Source: Chloroflexota bacterium
GTDB lineage: Bacteria > Chloroflexota > UBA11872
Length of the DNA: 64,000 bases
Assembly: GCA_965220075.1 (NCBI GenBank)
Contig: OZ244806.1
Span: 2,519,925 to 2,583,924 of the forward strand
Direction: 5' to 3'
The notes under the pieces were generated by a model. It was given only the letters and a program-made list of their open reading frames with translations, searched no databases and was not told where the DNA came from. The translations under genes were made by a program, and so were the position numbers. This document shows, piece by piece, positions 35,913 through 45,434 of this stretch; the stretch's first letter is position 1; each line of letters begins with the position of its first letter.

Positions 35913-35957
35913 CCCACACCCGGAATTGAACCGGGGACCTCGTTCTTACCAAGGACT
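35913..35957 (-). repeat. 45-nt direct repeat of the 3' half of tRNA-Thr(GGT), anticodon loop to acceptor end (putative attR of an integrated island)
   Basis: CCCACACCCGGAATTGAACCGGGGACCTCGTTCTTACCAAGGAC versus the genuine tRNA at 56526-56601 CCCACACCCGGAATTGAACCGGAGACCTCGTTCTTACCAAGAAC (about 43/45), in the same orientation. No 5' half is present, so this is not a functional tRNA. Confidence 0.7.
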
Positions 35958-35959
35958 TC

Positions 35960-36026
35960 GCTGCCAGCGCTGTGGCATGTACCAGGGGACCGCGAGCGAA
36001 ACGCAGCAAATTATGGTGTGGTGCGT
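35960..36026. repeat. 67-bp repeat R3 adjacent to the tRNA-half repeat; second copy at 53674-53741
   Basis: GCTGCCAGCGCTGTGGCATGTACCAGGGGACCGCGAGCGAAACGCAGCAAATTATGGTGTGGTGCGTT versus GCTCCCAGCGCTGTGGCATGTACCAGGAGACCCCGAGCGAAACGCATCAAATTATGGTGTGGTGCGTT (about 62/67). Contains the CAAAnnTATGGTGT motif that also occurs twice just 3' of the genuine tRNA-Thr. Confidence 0.7.
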
Positions 36027-36262
36027 TCCTACCCGGCTCGCCATGCCGGCCCGCCGTACAAACGAAAGATCCGCGCGCTCCCCGACCTGAACGTGAAAGA
36101 TCAAGATAGGGTAAGAAACGTCCCTGGACCAAAGCCGCGGCAGCGCTCCGCTGTCTCATACTCCTGGACATGCCCGGTGCGACTTCGCCGGGCGAAGGCC
36201 GTCATAAGAGGAGTGGAGCAGACCGTCCACCAAATCCTACCTCATGTTGGCTGGACGCGCTC

Positions 36263-37666
36263 TTACGTCCGAAGTTCCAACCGCGGCTGAAGCAGACGTT
36301 CGGGTACATCGTTCTCGCGCATGAACTCCACCAGAAGCCGATGTATCTCCCGTGCTTGGTCCAAGTGATTCTCGATCACATTGTCAAGTTGTTGGGGATC
36401 GGATGTCAGATTGTAGAGCTGAGACACTCCTGGGTCAGGGCTGTATAGCAGGCTCCAATGTCCCGCAGTGACGGTTGTCACCGGAGGGTCTTTGAGATCG
36501 CGGAGGAAGTTGTCTACTGATTGGACCGCGTCGCCCGGATTAGCGAATGGGATGCTGCTGACCACGTAGTCGCGTCCTGATCGTGTGGCGTCGCCCAGGG
36601 CAGGCGCCAGTGAGCGGCCCTGAACGAAGTCCGGGATGGCCACACCCAGCAGGTCGAGCACTGTAGGCATCACATCGATTGCGGAACTCAAGCCGCTGTG
36701 TACCCCGGGAGACACCCCAGGGGCACGGATCAGAAGCGGCAAATGAACCAACTCCTCGAAGAGCGGAGAGTAGCTCCACTGCGAACCCATTTCGTCATAT
36801 GGCCGGAGCGTTCCATCCGGGTACTTGTCTGAGCTCATCTTGCCGAAGAGGCCCCCATGCTCTCCGAAGTAGAAGCCGTGGTCTGAGGTGAAAATGACAG
36901 CCGTCTTGTCCGCAATCCCCATATTCTCTACAGACCTCAGAAGATGGCCCACCCAGGTGTCCACCATCGTGATCTCACCGCAGTAAGCGGCGTGCCCTTT
37001 ACGCATCTGCGCCTCTGTGTAGCCTGGCATATCATGCCAGTTGCCGTAGAGCGGGAGTACGAGCTCGCCATCGTACTCAGGCATGTAGATCTCTGTGTAG
37101 TATGATGGAGCATCCCAGGGCTCGTGGGGATCCCATGTATCCACATATAGAAAGAAATCCTCTTTGTAGTGGCGCTCCAGCCACTGCATGGCAGTCATAA
37201 ATGTCTTCGGCGCATTCCTGTCCGATTCATAGTGCCATCTATCCCTGATATCCAATGCCTCATTGTGATAGCCGGGCTCCGGGATCAACGACCATAGGGT
37301 GTCCTGTCCGGTGTTCATGAAGAATGTCTGGAAGCCTCGGTCGTAGTTCATTCCATCCCTGAGGTAGTATGGCGTGTCCACTGAAGCCGACGTGTGAAAG
37401 CCATGTTTGGCTAGTATCTCCGCAAGAGTGGTCACGCCCGCGGGAAGTGGCTCCCAACCCATGAAGGACATCGTCCATCGCCCTGTGTGATGGTCCGCCC
37501 GTGAGGGCATGGTCGGGAATCCGGCGGAGTAGTGAGCGTCGAACCTGACCGACGCGGCTGCCAACGCATCCAGGGAGGGTGTGCGTATGTAGGAATTACC
37601 ATATGCGCCAACGTGATCCTTGCGAAAGCTGTCGGAAACTATCCAAATGACATTCATACCAGTCAC
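36263..37666 (-). CDS. Sulfatase-like hydrolase/transferase of the alkaline-phosphatase superfamily (Thr at the formylglycine position)
   Basis: 467 aa. NVIWIVSDSFRKDHVGAYG and GFPTMPSRADHHTGR align to the sulfatase blocks IVADDLGYGDLGCYG and SPVCSPSRAALLTGR, but with T-M-P-S-R in place of C/S-x-P-x-R. C-terminal FTSDHGFYFGEHG metal-site block is present. No signal peptide or TM. Confidence 0.8.
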   Translation of the reverse strand: MTGMNVIWIVSDSFRKDHVGAYGNSYIRTPSLDALAAASVRFDAHYSAGFPTMPSRADHHTGRWTMSFMGWEPLPAGVTTLAEILAKHGFHTSASVDTPYYLRDGMNYDRGFQTFFMNTGQDTLWSLIPEPGYHNEALDIRDRWHYESDRNAPKTFMTAMQWLERHYKEDFFLYVDTWDPHEPWDAPSYYTEIYMPEYDGELVLPLYGNWHDMPGYTEAQMRKGHAAYCGEITMVDTWVGHLLRSVENMGIADKTAVIFTSDHGFYFGEHGGLFGKMSSDKYPDGTLRPYDEMGSQWSYSPLFEELVHLPLLIRAPGVSPGVHSGLSSAIDVMPTVLDLLGVAIPDFVQGRSLAPALGDATRSGRDYVVSSIPFANPGDAVQSVDNFLRDLKDPPVTTVTAGHWSLLYSPDPGVSQLYNLTSDPQQLDNVIENHLDQAREIHRLLVEFMRENDVPERLLQPRLELRT

Positions 37667-37674
37667 TTTCGTAG

Positions 37675-37980
37675 TTAGTTCGTTTCGGTAAGTGTATCAC
37701 CGAGCAGGCTACGGATTGACTTCCGCCAGGCGAAGGCCGTCATTGGGGGGATCGGACCGTCCACTACTTCGTCCTGTACGTTCCCCACTGTGACGGCTTC
37801 GCTACCGCCCATGCCCTGTGCCCAGTCGGAAAACGGCGAGAAGAGATTGTCGCTGAGTAGGAGGCCTTCGACTCGTGTCAGACGGGCAAGGTCGGGAGAC
37901 ATTTCCGGGTACCCCGACCAGCCGCCATCCAGGAAGACGACATCGTAGGGCTCGCGGAGCGTCGGCAGGACGTCGATCGC
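37675..37980 (-). pseudogene. Class I SAM-dependent O-methyltransferase (caffeoyl-CoA OMT family 3) C-terminal fragment
   Basis: AIDVLPTLREPYDVVFLDGGWSGYPE...VEGLLLSDNLFSPF matches the C-terminal half of family-3 OMTs (FDxxFIDADKxxY...GGLIxxDNVLW). An in-frame TAG sits at 37981-37983, and the N-terminal SAM-binding half is unreadable in any frame. Confidence 0.5.
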
Positions 37981-37982
37981 CT

Positions 37983-38030
37983 GGTGGGCCTAGTGAGACT
38001 GAATGGCGAACTTCCCGCTGGGAGATCCAG
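37983..38030. repeat. 46-bp repeat R4 (GGTGGGCCTAGTGAGACTGAATGGCGAACTTCCCGCTGGGAGATCC); second copy 40376-40425
   Basis: About 40/46 identity between the two copies, both inside the putative island and in the same orientation. Confidence 0.6.
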
Positions 38031-38166
38031 CTGCCAAAGGTCGGCTTGGTGGATGCCGAGGTGATGCGGGTGCCATTCGTCAACCCGACCAGGGAGCGTC
38101 CCCAGACAGAATTGTGAAGCCGCTCGACCTCTGGACGTCCACCACGCCGGGCGCCCCTACGCTAGG

Positions 38167-39717
38167 TTAACTGCCTTTGATGAAGTCGGCTGCACGTTCC
38201 GCCATGGCGATTACCGTTAGGTTGAGATTAGCCCGGACAGTATCAGGCATGATCGAGGCGTCGACGACGCGCAGTCCGTCGATGCCGTAGACCCTTCCGT
38301 ACTGGTCCACCACGGCCAACGGATCATTTGAAGGACCCATTTTGCAAGTGCTCGATACGTGGTGTGCGGTGATCACCGCCCGCTTCATCCAAGAATCCAG
38401 GGCATCATCGTCGGACAGGACGTCGTCCGGTGGTGCGAGCCGCTCCTCGACTATCTGATCGAAGGCCTCATGCTTAAACAGGTCGGCGCACACCCTGACA
38501 CATTCACGTAGCCGCGACCGATCGATGGGATCGTCCAGCAGGTTGAAGTCGAGATAGGGAGGTTGCCTGGGGTCGCCGGATTGGAGGCGCAGCTCGCCCC
38601 GGCTGAAGGCCAGGTACAGGCACAAACTTACGCCTATGCCTATCGGGTTCCTATGATCCAACCCCCTCATGGGCTTCGCCGCCGAATAGTTGCCCATGTA
38701 GATGACCAAATCGTTCTTGAAGGACGAACCCGAGGCCGTAAACCGCAGGGTGACGGTGCCAGTCGCGACCTGGTCGGTGTTTAGTGGGAACCCTTCACGC
38801 GTACGCCAGGCCATTGGCACATCCGGGTGATCGCGAAGATTGCGCCCGACACCAGGGAGATCCTGTACGACGGGTATGTCCAACTGCCGCAATTGGTCCC
38901 CAGGCCCAATACCCGACAGAGCCAGGATTTGCGGCGTACCTATGGCACCAGCACAGAGGATTATCTCCTCGCCATAGACGGAAAACTCCTCATGACCGCT
39001 GATGACCCGCAGTCCTACCGCTCGACGGCCTTCGAAGATGATCCCGACGACAAGGCAATGGGGTCTGATGGTCAAACCCCTTCGATCGCGCGCTGGGTCG
39101 AGGTAGCCCATTGCCGCACTCACACGCACGCGGCCGGTGACGTTGAAGGCAAGGGGCCCTACGCCCGTGGAGTCAAGTTGATTGTGGTCCGGACAATCGG
39201 GGAACCCGGCGTCTCGACATGCCCGGTAGAAGGCGCGTTGTTGGGGGCCCCATTCGTCGGGCTGATACCTGCGGCAGCTTATGGGGCCATCCGAACCGTG
39301 GAATTCATCTGCGAAATCCTGGTCCGCTTCCAACTTTCGCAGGTAGGGGAGTATCTTCTCGAACTGCCATTCGGAGTTCCCCCACTCCGCCCATCGGTCG
39401 AAGTCCTCCGGCATTCCACGAAGAAACTGAGCGTCGTTGATAGCGCTAGAGCCGCCCGTGACCTTTCCGCGAGGGACATCTATCCAAGCCTGGTCCGTGG
39501 CTCTGGCGCGAAAATTCCAAATGTGTCCGCTATCCCAGATTGCTTTCCCGGTCCCGTAGGCGTACTTCACCGAATCGGGCATCTGCTCCAACGCGGGATA
39601 GTCCCCTCCGGCCTCAAGAAGCAGCACCGACCGGTGACGGTCTTCCGATAGACGGGCCGCCAAGACCGAACCTGCCGATCCCGCTCCGACGACAATGTGG
39701 TCGTATTTCTTAGTCAT
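38167..39717 (-). CDS. GMC-family FAD oxidoreductase (choline dehydrogenase-like)
   Basis: From ATG 39717. YDHIVVGAGSAGSVLAARLSED...VLLLEAGG N-terminal FAD fold, GMC signature GGSSAINDAQF, and C-terminal HH active-site region (ITAHHVSSTCKMG). Confidence 0.9.
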   Translation of the reverse strand: MTKKYDHIVVGAGSAGSVLAARLSEDRHRSVLLLEAGGDYPALEQMPDSVKYAYGTGKAIWDSGHIWNFRARATDQAWIDVPRGKVTGGSSAINDAQFLRGMPEDFDRWAEWGNSEWQFEKILPYLRKLEADQDFADEFHGSDGPISCRRYQPDEWGPQQRAFYRACRDAGFPDCPDHNQLDSTGVGPLAFNVTGRVRVSAAMGYLDPARDRRGLTIRPHCLVVGIIFEGRRAVGLRVISGHEEFSVYGEEIILCAGAIGTPQILALSGIGPGDQLRQLDIPVVQDLPGVGRNLRDHPDVPMAWRTREGFPLNTDQVATGTVTLRFTASGSSFKNDLVIYMGNYSAAKPMRGLDHRNPIGIGVSLCLYLAFSRGELRLQSGDPRQPPYLDFNLLDDPIDRSRLRECVRVCADLFKHEAFDQIVEERLAPPDDVLSDDDALDSWMKRAVITAHHVSSTCKMGPSNDPLAVVDQYGRVYGIDGLRVVDASIMPDTVRANLNLTVIAMAERAADFIKGS

Positions 39718-40453
39718 GCTGCTTCGCTGTCGCGATAGAGCATCCCTAACGGTCGGGTGGTCCTCAATAGAGGCCAGTATCACAATAGCTCACAGGTCGC
39801 ATTGACTCAGGGTGTGTCTTCCTCATGAAGCTTGGCCCCGCTCTGCACCGCGAGCCCTGCGGTAGCCGTAGAGTACCCCGCTGGCGACGCAGGAGGCGTT
39901 TCGCTGAGTCCTCTCGCATGCCCAGCATGACTCCTCAGCGAATCCTATGACGGAGGGTGCACGCCCCCGACTCGTCGGGCGTTCCAGGTTCATTCAGCAC
40001 TAAGACGGGCTCTAGGACCGAGAGCACCAAGCCTGCGTGATAGAGAGGATGAGCACGCGCGAGCGCACGTTCCGACTGCACCGAGATACGGATCAGGAGA
40101 TACCGAAACATGCCGTTCACCACGGCTGCCGGCGGCAGTCACGACGTGATCGACCGAACGTGCAGTTGTGGAACGCTCTACCGTCCCGCTCCGACCAATT
40201 CCGCCTCGCGCCGCAGATCCAGGGTCGGAGCCCACTCGAATAGTCACGCGGTTGCGGCCGAGGCTTCCGGCTGCGTCCCTTAGGCGTAACCATCCCCCGG
40301 ACCATGAACTCCGCCCAAAGAGGCAGTGGCCGCGGCGGCCAAGGAGTTGTGAATGCGGAACGCATCGGCTGAAACATGGTGGGCCTAATGGGACTGAATT
40401 GCGAACTTTTCGCTGGGAGGTCCTCATATAGGAGTCGGTCAGACTATTTTGGC

Positions 40454-42190
40454 TTAGGGCGTGAGAACGTCCCCTGGAAGGTTCTCCCGGAGATTCCCCC
40501 ACCACCCGCGGTCCACTCCGTAATGCACCACGTATCCCCCGTCCTCATGCTCCCCGATGCGTCCGGCCACTTGGACCCCTCCGCCCACGGAAACCTGCTC
40601 GAAGACCTCCGCCGGTCCATGGACCCTCACCCACTGCACGTATTCCCCCCGGTCCACCTCCACCACCAGCTCGCCGACGTCGTGCGACACCACCTCTCCG
40701 GCAACGCTCACGCACGCATCCAGGAACGCGTCAAGCGCCACGCCCAGCAGCCCGGGTGGCGGGATTCCCGGAGAGTCCGCCGGACACGGGTCGACGGCCG
40801 GTGAAGCCAGGTTGATGCCGACCAGGACCGCCAAGACCAGCGCCCCTATCCCCAGCAGCCGGACCACCCACATGAAGCAACCACTCCACTCCCGTCCGCC
40901 CTTCGGCTCTTCTACCCAGCCCGGAGGCCGGTACTTCCGATAGTCCTGCGGCGAACTCGGGGGATCTGCCGCTGTTTCCCCTCGCGCCTCCGTCGCAGGC
41001 GTGACGCCCTCAGTTTGTGGTCTCTCATACGCCGTTCCGACACCGCCTTCGCTCTTCGCCGTTCCTTCAGCCTGCTCGGTGTTCCACAGCCCCAATTCGG
41101 TCTGTTCCGACTCTTTCAGCCAGGAAGCCGCGTCCGCCGCCTTATCAGACCGGCCGCTCAGGTACCACTCTACCGAGTGCATAAAGCCGTGATAGGCCGC
41201 GTCCAGGTCGGGACCCCGAAGGGAGGATGCCTGGCCGGAGCCGAACCACAGCGGAGCCGAGACCGAGACGTCCAGCCATGGCTGGGCCACATTCAGCCCT
41301 ACGGCATAGGCCAACATGGAATCGGGTTGGTCCCGGGGGGAAGGCGAGTCGGATCCGGCAAGGGACTTTTTCCAGCCAAGCCACTGACCTTTTTCGTGTG
41401 CACCCCTCTGCGTCGGCGGCACCATACCCGTCTGCACCGACGGCGCAAACAGCATGTACATGAAGCCTATGAACGCGCCGACCAGGGCGTTCGCCCACCA
41501 TTGGGACAGCCATAGAGCCAGCCAGAGCCCGCTGCCGACGCCCATAAGAGCCCCGGCCAACATTCCCCATTCGACTGCATCCCCGAGGTTTTCCCTCCTT
41601 ACACGCACCGGGTTGTCATCGAAAAGGCCCTGGTGTTGCAGGAACTCTCCCAACTTGTCGCCGATGGCATCCTCGTGCTTCTTCAACCGGTCATGCAGCG
41701 CCTCGACCGTTGTGGGGCCCGGCGGCAGGCTGTTGCAGATGAGCCGCTCCCAGTCATATACGACGGGACCCTTCTGAGACAGCCGGTATAGGAAGCCGGT
41801 TCCTGTTCTGACGCACTCCAACTGGAGCGTGCCGCGCTGGCACATCTCGATGACGGAGGCCAACAGCGTTTTGCTCAATATAAAATGGCCTTCCAGCGCC
41901 GATACCGCTGCCGCCGGCAGTGAACCGGACTGCGGGGTTGCCGGGTACGATGAGCGCCAATGCGCCTCGGTCCCCTGCGGGGGCCGGTACTTGGGCCACA
42001 GCCACAGCACAAGAAAGAGCAGCAGCCCGACGCCGACGCCTATTGTCCGGAAGCCCCAGGCCGTGAGCTGCGTCCAATCCATTTCCCGGTAATCGGGGAA
42101 GCCACTCTCGGCGATGGCCCCGCCAGGGTCCAGCGCGAACAACAGACCAATGACGACAAGGGCCGCCAGCGTTGCCAAGACACTATCCAT
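40454..42190 (-). CDS. hypothetical membrane protein (DUF2207-like topology: N-terminal TM, large soluble domain, C-terminal TM cluster)
   Basis: 578 aa. N-terminal helix ALVVIGLLFALD, central helices around residues 200-250, and a Pro/Gly-rich C-terminal region. Family assignment is tentative. Confidence 0.65.
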   Translation of the reverse strand: MDSVLATLAALVVIGLLFALDPGGAIAESGFPDYREMDWTQLTAWGFRTIGVGVGLLLFLVLWLWPKYRPPQGTEAHWRSSYPATPQSGSLPAAAVSALEGHFILSKTLLASVIEMCQRGTLQLECVRTGTGFLYRLSQKGPVVYDWERLICNSLPPGPTTVEALHDRLKKHEDAIGDKLGEFLQHQGLFDDNPVRVRRENLGDAVEWGMLAGALMGVGSGLWLALWLSQWWANALVGAFIGFMYMLFAPSVQTGMVPPTQRGAHEKGQWLGWKKSLAGSDSPSPRDQPDSMLAYAVGLNVAQPWLDVSVSAPLWFGSGQASSLRGPDLDAAYHGFMHSVEWYLSGRSDKAADAASWLKESEQTELGLWNTEQAEGTAKSEGGVGTAYERPQTEGVTPATEARGETAADPPSSPQDYRKYRPPGWVEEPKGGREWSGCFMWVVRLLGIGALVLAVLVGINLASPAVDPCPADSPGIPPPGLLGVALDAFLDACVSVAGEVVSHDVGELVVEVDRGEYVQWVRVHGPAEVFEQVSVGGGVQVAGRIGEHEDGGYVVHYGVDRGWWGNLRENLPGDVLTP

Positions 42191-42538
42191 AGGTCCCCTT
42201 CCTTCCCACCTCTCGCAGGTCTCCTTGCGCCACGCCCGGCTTGCACCACCTGCGCTCGACAGTGCAGGGAATCTCGCTTCTCTACGCAGCCAACTAGAAC
42301 CCTGCCGCTGTCTCCAACAGTACTGTCGCCAGAAGTCTCTCTAGGGAAAGAGCAAGATCGCCATGCTTGACTGAACCGCAGCACGAAGGATCTCGATTAC
42401 GTCTAGTTTGGCGGCAGGCACCTCCGATAGGCCTACGGCGACCTCGGCAGAACTGCCGTAGGCTCACGTCGCGCCTCCGTCTTGGAGGTGGTCGTTCGAT
42501 GAGAGGGAGACACGGTCCGCAGGTAACGATGCTGGCGT

Positions 42539-42585
42539 TGGTGGGCCGGGTGCGACTCGAACCCACGACCTTCGGACAGAGAGTC
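42539..42585 (-). other. tRNA 3'-end-like fragment (T-arm GTGGG-TTCGAGT-CGCAC, acceptor CCGGCCC, ACCA) without a matching 5' half
   Basis: Reverse complement GGTCGTGGGTTCGAGTCGCACCCGGCCCACCA. No complementary GGGCCGG acceptor strand lies within 120 nt. It sits at the truncation point of the GH116 fragment. Possibly an old att remnant of a different tRNA. Confidence 0.35.
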
Positions 42586-42608
42586 CAGCCTGACGAGGGT
42601 TCGCCAGC

Positions 42609-43694
42609 TTACTCCAGCCGCCGCCAAGGCTCGCCACTCCTGTAATCCGCTGTGCCGAGTGCCACCCCGAGGCGGCCAGCGCGACGGAAGGCAGGCCAAA
42701 ATGTTGGCAGGACGTTGGCAGGCCGCAGGCGGTGCAAAGCGCAGCATCCGGTGGGATGTAGACCGTCTGTCGGCCCCAACGGGGCGAAGGAAGGAACGGT
42801 GTGTCGCTCGGCTATGCGCGTCGGCCTGCGAGTGGCGGGTGCTGTCTCGCCTGGTGTGCCGGCGGCGAGGGAGGCCGTGGGTGAATCGGCGTCGCCGGTC
42901 GGGCGGTCGTCGAGCTCGCCGTCGGCGCTGAAGTCGTCCCAGAAGTCGAGCAGCGCGTCGCCCCAGGGGATGTCGTGCCAGGCGGTGCGAGCGGTGACGG
43001 TCTGGTCGCCCCACTGCTCGGCATCGGTGGCAACGCCGTCTGAACGCATGTCCAAGCCGCGGAGGCCGTTTCCCACGCGCCAGCGGTTGACGTTGCGCTT
43101 TGGCTCGCCGTACTTCCCGTCGGTGCCGATGAAGTTGGCCAGGGCGACGCAGATCGAGACCCGGACAGGAACGTCCGACAGGTTGGCGGCAACCCAACGC
43201 AGGACGGCGATGGGGAGGCCGCTGTCGTCGGCGCGGCCGGGAATGAGCGGGTTGAAGGCTTCGAGCCGGAGGTCGACGGGCAGGTCCGGGTCGCGCAGAC
43301 AAACCTGGGCCAGCGGATAGGCGGCGTGGAAAGAGGCGCTGGCGAAGCGCGGCAGGCCATGGTGCGGCGCGGGCGAGCCGACCGTACCCTCGAAGTCCAC
43401 CGGGTCGAGATCGCCTTCGAGCAGCCGGGTGACGGGTGGTTTGCCCTGGGCCTGGACGCGGGCGGCGAAGAAGGCGCGGGGCTCGGTCATGTTGCGCGTG
43501 ATGGGCACGGTGGGGACAAAGCCCTTGGCGGGGCGGTTGACGATCTCCCAGTCGCGGAGATTGCCGCGCCCACCCAGCGAGACGGTGCCGGTGCCGATGC
43601 CGCCCAGGGGCATGGCCACGCGCCGCAGCCGCTCGCCGCGGTAGGTGCGCAGGACAGGCCAGGAGGCGTTCAGATCCGGACCGTCGCTGGGCAT
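42609..43694 (-). pseudogene. Glycoside hydrolase family 116 (GBA2-type beta-glucosidase) N-terminal beta-sandwich domain only; catalytic domain absent
   Basis: From ATG 43694. MPLGGIGTGTVSLGGRGNLRDWEIVNRP... matches the GH116 N-terminal domain. The ORF ends after about 360 aa with no (alpha/alpha)6 catalytic domain, and its 3' end runs into the tRNA-like fragment. Confidence 0.5.
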
Positions 43695-43867
43695 AGAGGA
43701 ATCGTGGCTCACGTGCGCGGCCGCGTCAGCATCTGCTTGGGAACGAGAGGCATGATTCACACTAGTGACTGACCGGAGTTGACGGGTCTGGGCTTGATGA
43801 GGCAGGCATGCTGCCACACGTGGGAAAAGCCGCCCGGGCCTTGATGACAGTGAAGGGGGAGCCCGGA

Positions 43868-44380
43868 ATGCCCAAGCCAACCAAGCGGCTCAAGCTGCCG
43901 CATCCAGACCTCACAGATCTGTTGGCAGTCCTCAAGGCCACCGTATCTGGTGAGCGTACGTGCGACGTGACCGGGGCTCAGGTCCGCTATTTCCTCTGTG
44001 ATCCGTGGCCCGAGGACGCGGACCTCGCCATGTACGACGAGGACGGAAACATCTATCTCCCGGAGAGCTTCGCGAAGGCCGACCCAGGTTTCGCCTACCT
44101 GGTTGTGCTGCATGAACACGTCGAGATCACACACAAGCTGGCGGGGCGATCCCACGCCTATGCACATCACCGGGCGCTCCTGGCCGAGCTGCTAGCGGCC
44201 AAAGAGATGTTCAGCGGGCCTGGTGAGTTGCAGCAGTTCCTTAGTAAGAGGATCGCGGGATACCCCGACTGGAAGGTGCCCGACAAGGGTGATGTCGAAG
44301 AGCGGCTCTACCGCTTGCTCCGGGCCCCGAGGCCTTTGAGGGGTCAAATCCTTGAGGTGATGAAGCAAGCGAGGCTTTAG
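43868..44380 (+). CDS. hypothetical protein with HEITH (HExxH) motif; possible small zinc-metallopeptidase-like protein
   Basis: About 170 aa from ATG 43868. Contains LVVLHEHVEITHKLAGRSHAYAHH. No other recognisable homology. Confidence 0.45.
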   Translation: MPKPTKRLKLPHPDLTDLLAVLKATVSGERTCDVTGAQVRYFLCDPWPEDADLAMYDEDGNIYLPESFAKADPGFAYLVVLHEHVEITHKLAGRSHAYAHHRALLAELLAAKEMFSGPGELQQFLSKRIAGYPDWKVPDKGDVEERLYRLLRAPRPLRGQILEVMKQARL

Positions 44381-44603
44381 AGCGGGCGCGAGTGCCGTGG
44401 GCGGCGAAGAGAGTGCAGCGCGGGCCAGGCAGGGTGCATATCCTGGCCGTCGTTGAGCACGGACGGATCGTGCCTCACGCGCGTGGACGGCACCACGGTA
44501 CGTGGTGGATGCGCGCGAGAGACTCCAATTCAGCGCACTCACAGTTTCGACAGCCGATACTGGGAATGGCCTCTGGACGAAAGGGCTGCCGGGGGAATGG
44601 CGA

Positions 44604-45182
44604 ATGCTGGATCGAGATCAAGTGGCTGACACAGCGCCGGACGGTGTGCACCTCGCGCTGCTGCGCGCCATCAACGTGGGCGGCACGAAGAAGCTGCTGA
44701 TGGCGGAACTGCGGGCGATGTTTGAGGCTGCGGGATGCGCGGACGTGCGGACGTATATCCAGAGCGGGAACGTCGTGTTCCGGGCGGAGCGGACGCTGGC
44801 GGTACGCATTCCGGCGCTTATCCAAGCGGCAATCGCCGCAAGCAAGGGGTTCCAGGTTCCCGTGGTCACGCGGACGGCAGAGGAGTTGAACGCCGTCGTG
44901 CGGGGAAATCCGTTCCTGGCAGCCGGCGCGGACCCGGCCAGACTCCATGTGGGGTTCCTGTCCGACGCGCCCAGCGCGGCGCGGATCGCCGAGCTGGACC
45001 CGGACCGCTCGCCGCCGAACGCGTTCGAGGTGCGGGGACGCGAGGTCTACCTGCACTTTCCCGATGGCGTGGCGCGGTCCAAGCTCACGGTCGACTACTT
45101 CGACCGCGTGTTGGCAACGACGGTCACCATTCGCAACTGGCGGACGGTCGGCAGGCTGCTCGACATGGCCGGCGGCGTCTGA
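44604..45182 (+). CDS. DUF1697 domain protein
   Basis: From ATG 44604. HLALLRAINVGGTKKLLMAELRAMFEAAG...VRTYIQSGNVVF is the hallmark DUF1697 N-terminal block. Confidence 0.8.
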   Translation: MLDRDQVADTAPDGVHLALLRAINVGGTKKLLMAELRAMFEAAGCADVRTYIQSGNVVFRAERTLAVRIPALIQAAIAASKGFQVPVVTRTAEELNAVVRGNPFLAAGADPARLHVGFLSDAPSAARIAELDPDRSPPNAFEVRGREVYLHFPDGVARSKLTVDYFDRVLATTVTIRNWRTVGRLLDMAGGV

Positions 45183-45434
45183 GCTGAGGGAACGCCGGTG
45201 CGCGGGCGGCCGGCCACGGCAGCTGGATTCAGGCTCAAGGCCGGAATGACGAAGGGGGCGGCCAATCGGCGGCATGCCGAAATGGCGCGGCTTGAAGGGT
45301 CCAGGGACCGATGCGAGGGCCCAGGAGTTGTGCGCAGGCAGAGCGGCGCATAAAGTGCGGCGACCTCCATGGCGCCGGAGTTGGTCGCGGGGCTGAAATG
45401 TCCGCCGCCGCCCCTTCATCTAGATGAGGTGCGT

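Noticed and set aside
35913-36026. Possible complete tRNA formed by the R3 repeat plus the tRNA-Thr 3' half
   Set aside because: No acceptor-stem complementarity (GCCACAG versus TGTGGGT) and no D-arm. It is interpreted as an att-type partial duplication, not a gene.
42539-42900. tmRNA (ssrA) ending with the tRNA-like ACCA fragment
   Set aside because: No complementary 5' acceptor strand (GGGCCGG) about 350 nt upstream, and no pseudoknot or tag-reading-frame features were seen.
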